DNA from: Spirochaetia bacterium
GTDB taxonomy: Bacteria; Spirochaetota; Spirochaetia; SP-2023
Assembly (NCBI GenBank): GCA_965225855.1
Contig: CBDDCK010000005.1
Span: 1,856,001 to 1,920,000 of the forward strand
Length of the DNA: 64,000 nucleotides
Direction: 5' to 3'
Shown here: piece after piece, positions 20,080-29,102 of the stretch
Layout of the letters: each line of letters begins with the position of its first letter
Position numbering within the stretch: position 1 is the stretch's first letter
Notes under the pieces: model-generated
Seen by the model: the letters and a program-made list of their open reading frames with translations, nothing else
Databases searched by the model: none
What the model was told of the DNA's origin: nothing
Translations under genes and position numbers: made by a program

Positions 20080-20242
20080 ATGTTTGGTACGAGCATACGC
20101 AACGCAACGCCCAAGCTGCGCTTAGGGCGTTGCGTGAATACTTTATAATCATCTTTATAAGCCCGCCCGTAGTGTATTTACATTGTGGGCGGGCTTATTT
20201 GCGTTTGTAATAAACATTGCCCGTATTGTTCTTTGGGCAATG
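20080..20242 (+). ncRNA. Candidate structured RNA or cis-regulatory leader (three-way junction plus downstream hairpin)
   Basis: P1 20080-20094/20203-20217; P2 ACGCAACGCCC/GGGCGTTGCGT; P3 ATAAGCCCGCCC-GTAGTGTA/TACATTGT-GGGCGGGCTTAT; P4 CATTGCCC/GGGCAATG. GC-rich within AT-rich DNA. Family not recognised. Confidence 0.5.
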
Positions 20243-20279
20243 CCAATAAAAAACTATTCATTGATAAGGAGAACAAACA

Positions 20280-20824
20280 ATGAAAGATTATTTTTACTTA
20301 GACAAAAAGCGCACATTTTGGGGTGCCGTTTTGCTGTTGAGCCTTGTTTTATTGGTTGCTTGCGAATATCCTGAACATCCTGAAAATCTTAAAATAAGTT
20401 ATCGGTTTAACGTTGGCGATAGATTTATGGAAAGCTCTAAAAACGATGGCAGCATTAGCAATTACCTTATCATAAAACTACTGAATGATACATTTACTAA
20501 CGATGTATTTGTTAGTGGGCATTTTACTGGTACACACTTTAGTATGAATCTATTTAGTGGGCGAGGTTATTCCCACGATTTTGTTGGATATAATGAGATG
20601 GAAGGCTTAACTGCGGTGATTACCAAGAGAAGCGATACCACAGCTACCATAGAGCTTACTGGCAAAGCACTAAAACACACCAATGCCCCCAAGATATTAC
20701 AAAAGAAAGTAAAGATTTATGGTTTGGCATTGTAGGGCCTGCTGTTACCAAAAGCAACGGGGCAGGACAGAAGAATGTAGGAATATCAGGTGGTAAGTAT
20801 TTTGGCATTGATTTTAATGATTAA
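20280..20824 (+). pseudogene. Lipoprotein with one Ig-like surface domain, frameshifted in a C5 tract
   Basis: AAGGAG RBS and lipobox LVAC; F.E...NDGSI...GLTAVITK.S.TTATI.LTG.A..H.NA. After the C5 run (20686-20690) the alternative frame continues QDITKESKDLWFGIVG...FGIDFND* to 20824. Confidence 0.65.
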
Positions 20825-20884
20825 AAAACTTTAACTTTCCCCTTGTTTGGGAAAGTTAAAAACTAAAGATAAAAGGAGAATCCT

Positions 20885-21106
20885 ATGGCAGTTATAGATA
20901 GGTTCATCAAGTTAGAGGAGGTGCCCGGTATACCTCAAACCAATGTTTCTGCAGACTATTGTTTTGATGAGTCCACTTTTCAGCTTCGTACTTATAAAGA
21001 TGGCGATACAAGTCGAGAAGAAGGTAGCAAGCAAAATATTCAGTTAAGTAAGCCTATGGCTAAAGAATTAGTTAAAATACTTCAAGAGTTTATTGCTAAG
21101 ACTTAA
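20885..21106 (+). CDS. Small hypothetical protein (73 aa)
   Basis: Strong AAGGAG RBS; Q.RTY...R....KQ.IQL....A.EL..IL pattern; followed by a terminator. Confidence 0.75.
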   Translation: MAVIDRFIKLEEVPGIPQTNVSADYCFDESTFQLRTYKDGDTSREEGSKQNIQLSKPMAKELVKILQEFIAKT

Positions 21107-21135
21107 CAAAATTACTTGCTCTATTTACAACAGGC

Positions 21136-21170
21136 AAAAGGCAAGGGGCTTTGTCTCCTTGCCTTTTTTG
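21136..21170 (+). terminator. Rho-independent terminator
   Basis: AAAAGGCAAGGGG-loop-CTCCTTGCCTTTTTT. Confidence 0.75.
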
Positions 21171-21342
21171 TTTTCTCAATTTCATTGACAATAAATAACA
21201 AGCCAAGAGAAACATCATCTAAGCACTCATAGCTTTATCAATTAATTAAGATACAAAAATCATTCGGTTACTTGGATCAAAGCAAGCTACTGAACTACCA
21301 AAGTAACAAATTGGCAATAGGCAAATTCCTTGCTGTAATTTT

Positions 21343-21427
21343 AAAATCCTAGTAAGGTTTTCAAAAAAGCTAGTAAGGTTTTGGCTAAAAACCTTACTAG
21401 CTTTTTTATTTACAAACTTGGATTTTT
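21343..21427 (+). repeat. Dispersed palindromic element (REP/MITE-like), copy B
   Basis: Hairpin AAAAAAGCTAGTAAGGTTTT-GGCTA-AAAACCTTACTAGCTTTTTT with the same 3' tail as copy A. Confidence 0.8.
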
Positions 21428-21911
21428 CAAATAATGCATTTTTCTCCCTAGCTTATAAAACTTGCTGGACGATTTCTAATGTGGCTATTGATGCCTTACC
21501 AGTTTGGTAGGCAAATATATTAAGCAATGCCAATAATTTTCTTTGTTATTCTTTGGCCATATCTTTGGTTATGGCTGCAAGCAATTACTGTGGTTTTTAT
21601 TTGCTAGAAATCGTGCTTACCTCGGTAAATCATTGTGCTAGATAAATATCTCGTTACATTTTTTGGTATGCTCTGGTATGATATAGGCCATTCCATCAAG
21701 CTAAACCATAATTTTACCTTAGACTATGGTGTTCAATACATGCTTGCTTTTCTTCGTGCAATATAAGGTAAAAATTCCTAGTTATTACGTTTTTCTTTCC
21801 ATTTCGTTAAATTTTTTTATCCAATTACCGAAAATTTTAAAAGCTATGCGTATAATTTTGAGAATCAAGGTATGCAGGCAAATTAAACAAAGTTGATGAG
21901 TTTTTTAGTCT

Positions 21912-22277
21912 ATGCAAAAAGATACTTGGCAAAACGATATTTGGCTTGATTTTTGTGCTAAAGCCAACGCTCAAGAATCTTGGGCTCAATGCCAGCGCGC
22001 TTTGGCTTTAGAATGGCCTACGCAGATATTGGAATTGGCCAAAGCTCTTTATAGTTTACAATCTGGGGATGGGCATGCAGCCCACCAGTTTCTCCAAGAA
22101 GATACAACGGAATTGGGAGCTTGGCTGCATGCCCATTTGCATAAAATTGAGGGCGACCCAAGCAATGCTCGTTATTGGTATGCTCAAACCCAATTTGCAA
22201 ACTATACCGACTATTCTTTAACAGAAGAGCCTCAAATGATTTGGCAAGCCCTAAAAGAGACAGCAACAAAAAATTAA
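21912..22277 (+). CDS. Conserved hypothetical protein
   Basis: AH...Q....GAWLHAHLH..EGD.SNARYWY motif of a widespread uncharacterised family. Confidence 0.75.
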   Translation: MQKDTWQNDIWLDFCAKANAQESWAQCQRALALEWPTQILELAKALYSLQSGDGHAAHQFLQEDTTELGAWLHAHLHKIEGDPSNARYWYAQTQFANYTDYSLTEEPQMIWQALKETATKN

Positions 22278-22296
22278 AAATGAAAGTTCGTTACGA

Positions 22297-22800
22297 TTAT
22301 TCTGTACTGACTATTGTTTGTGCTTCTCCATTGTTATTGGCGGGTTTCTCCTCACCATTTTTTGCAGACTGAAAAATAGCTTCTAAAGCCCGCCAAATTA
22401 AAGTAGCGCATTTGACTCGCATAGGGTATTCATTTATTCCCTGAAACACTTGTAGCTTGCGTGGCAATTTTGCTAAAGCCGTTTGCTGCTCGGAAGAATC
22501 CTCGGCAAGCAATAATTGTAAAAAATAATCTTTTAATTGTATGGCTTCTGCTAATGCCTGTCCTTTCAGTAATTCACTCATAATCGAAGAACTGGCTTTT
22601 GAAATCGCACAACCTTCACCCCAAAAACTAATATTGGCAATAATGTTATTTTCGAGCTTAATGAAAAGTTGGTAGCTATCGCCACATAGTGGGTTCCGCC
22701 CAACTGTAGTATGGCTGTAATTTTCTAGCTTACAAAAGTTTCGCGGGGTTCGGTTGTGGGATAAAATTGTATCTTGATATAGTTGTTCAATATTTTTCAT
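22297..22800 (-). CDS. sufU: SUF system NifU-family Fe-S assembly protein
   Basis: LYQ..IL.H...PRN, NPLCGD, G.GCAIS.AS.S and R.KCA.L.W motifs. Confidence 0.93.
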   Translation of the reverse strand: MKNIEQLYQDTILSHNRTPRNFCKLENYSHTTVGRNPLCGDSYQLFIKLENNIIANISFWGEGCAISKASSSIMSELLKGQALAEAIQLKDYFLQLLLAEDSSEQQTALAKLPRKLQVFQGINEYPMRVKCATLIWRALEAIFQSAKNGEEKPANNNGEAQTIVSTE

Positions 22801-22824
22801 AAAAATCCTAACGGAGAGTATCCA

Positions 22825-24123
22825 TTAATTTAACATAGTCTGGATTACTTTTTCCAAGCCGGCGCAAAACTGTTCGACATCTGTTATGCTATTATATACT
22901 GCAAGCGAAACTCTTGCGGTAGCAGGCAAGCCCAAATGAGTCATTAAAGGTTGAGCGCAATGATGGCCTGCTCGTATAGCAACATTGGCATTATCCAAAA
23001 TACTGCCAATATCGTGTGGGTGCACGCCATCTATAACAAAAGAGAGTACACCTATTTTGGTGGATAAGTCTACTTCATCGCCGATGATTTTTACTTTTTG
23101 GAATTCTGGACTGCAGCGAATGGCTTGGGTCATGTGGCGTAGTAATTCGCTTTCGTGTAAGTACAATTTTTTTTGTGATAGACTGCAAAAATAATCAATG
23201 GCAATTTCTAGCCCAAGCACCGCTGAAGCTGGCATCGTTCCAGCTTCAAAACGTTGAGGTGGGGAGGCAAAACTGCATGTTTCTGGTGAGACAAATTCAA
23301 TCATATTGCCACCTGTTTGGTAAGGAGGCATTTCTTCCAGTAATTCACGGCGGCCATATAAGACTCCTACCCCATCAGGGCCATATAGTTTATGCCCCGA
23401 GAAAACATAGAAATCACAACCTAAAGCGGCTACATTGACCCGCCCTTGTTCTGTGTTATGTACTACGGCCTGGGCCCCGTCTAATAATATTGGTATTTCC
23501 TTAGCTTTGGCCAGTTCACACAATTTTTCTGCCGGATTGATGATTCCTAAAACATTAGAAACGTGATTCAAGGCCATAAACTTGGTACGATGATCGCAAA
23601 GCTTTTCAGCTTCTTCACGGTCTAAACTACATTGTAGATGCTCACGGTAAGCTCCTGCTATTGAGTTTATTTTTACAGGAATTATTCGCAGTTCGGCTCC
23701 AATCTTTTTGCATAATTGTTGCCAAGGAACAAAGTTTGCATGGTGCTCCAACGCACTAATAACGATATTATCCCCTGGCTGTAAACGGGGCTCTACAAAA
23801 CTGTGAGCCACCATATTGATAGCCTCAGTTGCTCCCTTACAAAAGATTATCTCATCTGATCGTTTTGAGCCAATAAAAGTGGCAACCTTTTTGCGTACGT
23901 TTTCGTAAGATTTTGTCAATTCAGCACTTAAACGATAAACACCTCTGTGTAAAGGGGCATTCCTCTCACTCCAAAAATTATTGAAAAATTGTATGAGTTG
24001 GTAAGGCTTTTGTGATGTAGCAGCATTGTCCAAATAAGACCAGCTTGGATAACGCAATAAAATTGGAAATTCGGTTCGCCGTTCTGTAGCAAAATTATCT
24101 ACTATGTTAAGTATATCTTCCAT
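22825..24123 (-). CDS. sufS: Cysteine desulfurase, SufS family
   Basis: YLDNAATSQKP, EHHAN.VPW, DGAQ, SGHK, FEAGT and RAGHHCAQP motifs. Confidence 0.95.
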   Translation of the reverse strand: MEDILNIVDNFATERRTEFPILLRYPSWSYLDNAATSQKPYQLIQFFNNFWSERNAPLHRGVYRLSAELTKSYENVRKKVATFIGSKRSDEIIFCKGATEAINMVAHSFVEPRLQPGDNIVISALEHHANFVPWQQLCKKIGAELRIIPVKINSIAGAYREHLQCSLDREEAEKLCDHRTKFMALNHVSNVLGIINPAEKLCELAKAKEIPILLDGAQAVVHNTEQGRVNVAALGCDFYVFSGHKLYGPDGVGVLYGRRELLEEMPPYQTGGNMIEFVSPETCSFASPPQRFEAGTMPASAVLGLEIAIDYFCSLSQKKLYLHESELLRHMTQAIRCSPEFQKVKIIGDEVDLSTKIGVLSFVIDGVHPHDIGSILDNANVAIRAGHHCAQPLMTHLGLPATARVSLAVYNSITDVEQFCAGLEKVIQTMLN

Positions 24124-24278
24124 AACTATTTAACCTTACTATAAAAATTAATCCACGAGTTGATCTACAAACAAAAGGATTACTAAGCATTTAAAGATGA
24201 CTTTTTTGTCAAGTTTTATCTTCAAATCTAATTAAAAAAGAACCTTTGTGGAAGGGCTCATTATATCTACATGTATTG

Positions 24279-25883
24279 TTAAGAAATATTCAAGTATTTA
24301 CGCACAAAGCAAAAAAGTAAACGAACCCCCATACTCTTGGAATTTTTCCCAAAAGAAGGATGTTCATCTAGACCCGACCAAGCTGCTAAATCTAGGTGCA
24401 ACCAAGAACAAGATGAATTGGTAGATTCCCCAGTTTCATTTTTTGGTAGGGCAAATTTTTCTAAGAATAATGCTGCTGTAAGTGAACCTCCCATAGAACT
24501 TTTGGTTGAAATATTGGAAATATCTGCTAAGGGACTATCTAAAAAGCTGGCATAGGGGCGGAACAACGGCATACGCCAAGCATCCTCTCCGGTTTCTCGG
24601 CTAGCTTGGGCAAATAATTCGGCAATTTGATTATCATTACTGTAATAAGCGCCACATTGTTCCCCCAAAGCAATGACAGCTGCCCCTGTTAAAGTGGCAC
24701 AATCTAGCAACAATTTGGGCTTTTTCTTTACCGCTAAATGAATTGCATCTGCTAAAATCAATCGACCTTCGGCATCGGTATTGTTAATTTCTACCGTTGG
24801 CCCCATTGCCGATTGGATTATATCCCCCGTTTTAATAGCTTTACAACCAATTTGATTTTCTACCAATGGAATATACGCCTTAATATTTGCTTGGATTCCT
24901 GTACTAGCTAAGTAGTAGAATGCCCCATAGACAATAGCCCCACCCATCATATCATATTGCATACCTTTAATATTTGTACTAACTTTAAGGTTTGTGCCAC
25001 CAGTATCAAAACAAACACCCTTACCCACTAAGGCAATATGGTCATTGGAAGAATGATCACCTTGGTAATCCAATATTAACAGGTGGGATTCACGAGGACT
25101 TCCTTGCCCTACTGCCAGCAATAAATTCATACCTTCTTGTTTTAGCCGCTCTTCACCCCATATTTCTTTTGTTATTGTCGGTGCACTTGCTATTTGTGCA
25201 GAGTTTTGCAAATTTTCTGGCAAATTTTTTGGTAAGTTGTTTTGTAAACTGGCAAGTTGTTCTACAGCAAAGTTACTAAAAAACTCGGGTGTGCAAATGT
25301 TTGCTGGGCTGAGAACTAATTTTAAAACTTGCTGCAGCGCAATTGTTTCACAGTTTATTTGCCAAAGCATGGTTTCTAACTTTTTAGGTAATTCCATTTC
25401 GGATTCTTTGTTGGGAATGATGAATAATACCGGTTGTTTTTGTTCTTTCTTTTTTTTCAAGTCGCTAAATTGATAAGAGCCAAACCAGAAACCTTCTAAT
25501 ATCAGGTAAAATTGTTCTAAGCTTAGGCCATAAATTAGTGGTAAGCCCACGCGCTGCCATTTTTCTTTTGCAACTACTGATGATAAATCTCTACCCCATT
25601 GTAATAAGGCTGAACTCTCACTACCTAATTTTTGGCTTTTATGGTCTAGGTCTATATAGCTCAAGTGTAAAGTCAGCAAATTATCGTTATCGCTATTGGC
25701 GAACAAACTACAGTCTTGCTGTTTATTTTTTTCTTCAGTCTTTTTTATCGCAAAAAAATGGATATTTTGCTCGATGCTTTGTTCCCAAGGCTCTATCCCA
25801 TTGATTTTGGGAAATTCCTGCTGACCTTGTTGAGCTAGGATTAGACAACAATTATCGGGTAAATCATTACTTTTAAGAAACAT
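24279..25883 (-). CDS. pepA: Leucyl aminopeptidase (M17)
   Basis: LVGKGVCFDTGG, M.YDM.G, NTDAEGRL.LAD, ATLTGA and W.HLD.A motifs. Confidence 0.92.
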   Translation of the reverse strand: MFLKSNDLPDNCCLILAQQGQQEFPKINGIEPWEQSIEQNIHFFAIKKTEEKNKQQDCSLFANSDNDNLLTLHLSYIDLDHKSQKLGSESSALLQWGRDLSSVVAKEKWQRVGLPLIYGLSLEQFYLILEGFWFGSYQFSDLKKKKEQKQPVLFIIPNKESEMELPKKLETMLWQINCETIALQQVLKLVLSPANICTPEFFSNFAVEQLASLQNNLPKNLPENLQNSAQIASAPTITKEIWGEERLKQEGMNLLLAVGQGSPRESHLLILDYQGDHSSNDHIALVGKGVCFDTGGTNLKVSTNIKGMQYDMMGGAIVYGAFYYLASTGIQANIKAYIPLVENQIGCKAIKTGDIIQSAMGPTVEINNTDAEGRLILADAIHLAVKKKPKLLLDCATLTGAAVIALGEQCGAYYSNDNQIAELFAQASRETGEDAWRMPLFRPYASFLDSPLADISNISTKSSMGGSLTAALFLEKFALPKNETGESTNSSCSWLHLDLAAWSGLDEHPSFGKNSKSMGVRLLFCFVRKYLNIS

Positions 25884-25970
25884 TTATACTCCTGTGATTT
25901 TGTTTTTCACTAATTATAAAGATATATTGAAAGAGAATAAATAGTAGGCTGGGCAAGATTCAAGAGAATT

Positions 25971-26165
25971 TTAACGCAGAATTTTTAACAAAATTTGATA
26001 TAAACTATATTCTTGGTCTCTCTCGATTATTTTCTTGCGAATTGTACCAAAAATAGAATTGATGGTATTTCTTGAGATTTTGATATAAATAGCCGCATCT
26101 TTGGTCGTTTGGCGAGCAATTTCATCTAACTGTTGTCCAGAACCAAAGCCTGTTGTCCAGACCAA
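25971..26165 (-). mobile_element. Possible IS1595/IS1016-like transposase N-terminal remnant
   Basis: Short segment A...ISRNTINSIF..IRKKI resembles the HTH region of these transposases. No DDE domain or terminal inverted repeats seen. Confidence 0.25.
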
Positions 26166-26237
26166 AGCAAATTTATTTGGGGCTGTGTTGTGAGCTCATC
26201 TCCATTGAATATGCGTAGAATATGCGTACTTTGCTCG

Positions 26238-27365
26238 TTAGTAAGTGTAGTTTTCTAAGCGGGACTGTGCTAGTAGCTGGTGGTAGCCATCGGCATTTTC
26301 CGGCAGGGTAGCTACTAGCGCAGGGTATTGTTGGCGCAGTTTCTCCAGCAAGGCTTCTGCTTGATCTTGTTGCTGTATATTGGCCTGCGCATTGTCTTTA
26401 CTGTGTTTGCGGTGGCGCAATAATTGGGCTAGCACTACCACTTGGCCTAAAAATTGGCGCAATTCTTCTGAAGCAGCCACATCAAGTAAACGCTCTAGCA
26501 GCAAGGCAAAGCTGTCTATGCGCAGTTGTTTATGCTGGTAGTCATACCAACGGTAGTCGCGCAGCTCATCCAGCATAATTTCGTAAGCGGGGAAATAGTA
26601 AATTTGGCCTTGAGAGCGCAGGCGGTGACTAGCACTCAATAACTGGGCCTTACTTAGAGAATTGTCTAGCGCAGGTAGGGGGCTGTGGCGTATAGGGGAT
26701 ACACTGTAGACGACTTGGGTTTGTGGCTGCCATTCTCTGAGTAGGGTATGGATTGCACTCAAGGCTTGGTCTATTTGTGATTGGCTTAGCAATTTTTTTT
26801 GCAAAACTGCATTGGGCCCGTTTGTCGGCAGGCGATGGCCGTTGCTCCAGTAGCAATTTTGCCTCGGGCTGTAAAAACTAAATGAGCTGCCCAAGGTGAT
26901 GATCATTACCGCACTCTCATTCAAATATTGGCTATCCAGTAGGCATTGCTGCCAAAGTTGCTTTTGCAATTGGGCCTTGCTTGGGGCTTCCATAAAGCCG
27001 CTTGTGTATGGGTGCAAATAGCGTTGGCTTGTGCTTTGTGGCTTATTTTCGATTGGGCAGGACCGGCTAGCAAAAATTAAATTTTCCACCTGTTTGTAAA
27101 AATTCTCTTGCGGTGTTGTGGCCGCTAGTCGGCACAGTTTGAGCCAGCGCAGTATGGCTTCTGGCGTGTAGAGCGCACCCCCTGCGCCAAAGTGTACTGG
27201 CAACAAATGTTGCTGCAAGGCTTTGGCACTGCGCTGGGCAAAGCAAGAGCCAAGGCAAAACCAGCTATCGCTTGGTTGCACCATACGAGCAGGCCATGCT
27301 CCAGGCAGGATTTCTGGGCCTTGCCAGCTGCTTTTGGGGTAGATTAGGGGTAGGCGAGCACTCAT
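26238..27365 (-). CDS. GSCFA domain-containing protein
   Basis: LGSCFA, IITLGS, SVSPIRH, N.LSK..L and YFPAYEIMLDELRDYRWY motifs. Start could extend to 27443. Confidence 0.88.
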   Translation of the reverse strand: MSARLPLIYPKSSWQGPEILPGAWPARMVQPSDSWFCLGSCFAQRSAKALQQHLLPVHFGAGGALYTPEAILRWLKLCRLAATTPQENFYKQVENLIFASRSCPIENKPQSTSQRYLHPYTSGFMEAPSKAQLQKQLWQQCLLDSQYLNESAVMIITLGSSFSFYSPRQNCYWSNGHRLPTNGPNAVLQKKLLSQSQIDQALSAIHTLLREWQPQTQVVYSVSPIRHSPLPALDNSLSKAQLLSASHRLRSQGQIYYFPAYEIMLDELRDYRWYDYQHKQLRIDSFALLLERLLDVAASEELRQFLGQVVVLAQLLRHRKHSKDNAQANIQQQDQAEALLEKLRQQYPALVATLPENADGYHQLLAQSRLENYTY

Positions 27366-27515
27366 CAAGCCGTATTGTAATATTTTTGCAATCAAATACA
27401 AGATGCTAGGCAACCAGGTTGCCTCATAATATAACCTTGGCAATGGTTTAGGGCAAGCTTGCTAATGGTTGACTGCCAGTAAGCTAAGTTTTGATTAGCC
27501 ACTTAGGTTTTGCCG

Positions 27516-27681
27516 ATTGCAGCCTTGATAAAAATTAATTGCCAAGGCTACAAATAAAATTGCAGCCTTGATAAAATTAATTGCCAAGGCTATAAATAAA
27601 ATTGCAGCCTTGATAAAATTAATTGCCAAGGCTATAAATAAAATTGCAGCCTTGGTAAAAATTAATTATCAAGCTTGCAAT
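27516..27681. repeat. Tandem array of four 42-43-bp hairpin units
   Basis: Unit ATTGCAGCCTTGATAAAATTAATTGCCAAGGCTATAAATAAA at 27516, 27559, 27601 and 27643, with internal AGCCTTG/CAAGGCT inverted repeat. No unique spacers. Confidence 0.9.
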
Positions 27682-28036
27682 TTGCCCATTATTGCCTTGA
27701 GTTTTGCCTAAACCTTAGCTTAGTTCTACCCCAAATAAAGTTGCTATTAGCTATTTTGCTGTGCTGTAGTTACTATCGTTGTTGGTAAAGGCTTTTTTGT
27801 GGTTTCATGTTATGCAAAATTCAGCTTATTAAGCAAAATTTTGCAAATAAACACCAAAAACTATTGCCTTTATTGGCTTGAATAATTACATTTGCCTATA
27901 ATCTTCCATACCTAAAGGCAGTTCGGTTGTGCTGTATGCTGGGCTTTTATGGTGCTTTTGCCTTTAGGTATGGTTGTTTTTATTTTTATTTTGTAGTACA
28001 CTTTGTTCGTGCACAAGAGTTTTACAAGGAATTGCT

Positions 28037-28990
28037 ATGATTGAAATAAAAAATTTGTACAAGAACTATGGTGGCTTGCAAGCGGTACAAGGGATTTCTT
28101 TAAGCGTGCCCAAAGGTCAAGTATTAGGGCTGCTGGGCCCCAATGGAGCAGGCAAATCCACCACTTTGCGGATTTTGACGGGTTTTTTGGAGGCGAGTGC
28201 GGGGCAAGTAACGGTAGGGGGTTATTCGGTTCGTGAGCAGTCTTTGGCCACGCGCAAGTTAATTGGCTACCTTCCTGAATCGACTCCTCTTTATGAAAAT
28301 ATGCTGGTCTACGATTATTTAGACTTTGTCGGCCAGTCGCGAGGCATTGCCAAGGTTGAATGTACGGCAAAAATCTGCGATGTGGCAAGGCAGTGTGATA
28401 TTTTGGAGTTTATCCACCGCCCGATTGGTCAGCTTTCTAAAGGCCAACGCCAGCGCGTGGGGTTGGCCATGGCTATTTTAGATGACCCAGAGGTCTTGGT
28501 GTTAGATGAGCCTACCAGTGGTCTAGACCCCAACCAGATTATTGGTATCCGCGATATTATCCGTGAATTGGGTAAGAAAAAGACGGTGATCTTTTCCACA
28601 CATATTCTTAGTGAGGCCGAAGCCACTTGCGATCGAGTGGTGATTATCAGTAAGGGGCAAGTGGTTGCCGATGGCAGTATTGCCGAATTAAAGAAAGGTG
28701 GCCAGTCCAGCCTAAGTTTGCGTTTGGAAGGCAATGATAGCGATGCTGTTGCCAAAGCCTTTAGCAGCTTTGGCCCAGAGCTTTTGGGCGATGGTGGCCA
28801 AGTGGATTGTGAGCTGCAACAAGGTAAGGAAATGGCTGAAGTGCTGGTTGTTTTACACGGCGAAAAAAGCGGTAGCAACGAAGTATGGCAGCAAATTAAA
28901 GAAATTAGCCGCTACCATGATTGGATAATACTCGGTCGAGAACAAAAAGACCATAGCCTAGAAGATATTTTTCGCGAGTTGACGAATTAG
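28037..28990 (+). CDS. ABC transporter ATP-binding protein (GldA-like)
   Basis: GPNGAGKST, LSKGQRQRVG, LDEPT and STH motifs; first gene of the GldA/F/G/DUF4340 operon. Confidence 0.92.
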   Translation: MIEIKNLYKNYGGLQAVQGISLSVPKGQVLGLLGPNGAGKSTTLRILTGFLEASAGQVTVGGYSVREQSLATRKLIGYLPESTPLYENMLVYDYLDFVGQSRGIAKVECTAKICDVARQCDILEFIHRPIGQLSKGQRQRVGLAMAILDDPEVLVLDEPTSGLDPNQIIGIRDIIRELGKKKTVIFSTHILSEAEATCDRVVIISKGQVVADGSIAELKKGGQSSLSLRLEGNDSDAVAKAFSSFGPELLGDGGQVDCELQQGKEMAEVLVVLHGEKSGSNEVWQQIKEISRYHDWIILGREQKDHSLEDIFRELTN

Positions 28991-29102
28991 CTTGAGCTAG
29001 GCTTGCGATTTTATTTAAAGCCGGTTTCTCTTTGGTTGAAAGGTTAGACTTTGGTTCAATTATATTATATATACAAACAAAATCAGTAAAGGGAATTTTT
29101 TT

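Noticed and set aside
21450..21720. Decayed Rpn-like or other gene fragment on the minus strand
   Set aside because: Only a short helical-looking frame with an internal stop and no diagnostic motif.
27516..27681. CRISPR array
   Set aside because: Units are contiguous and near-identical with no unique spacers, and there are no cas genes in the window.
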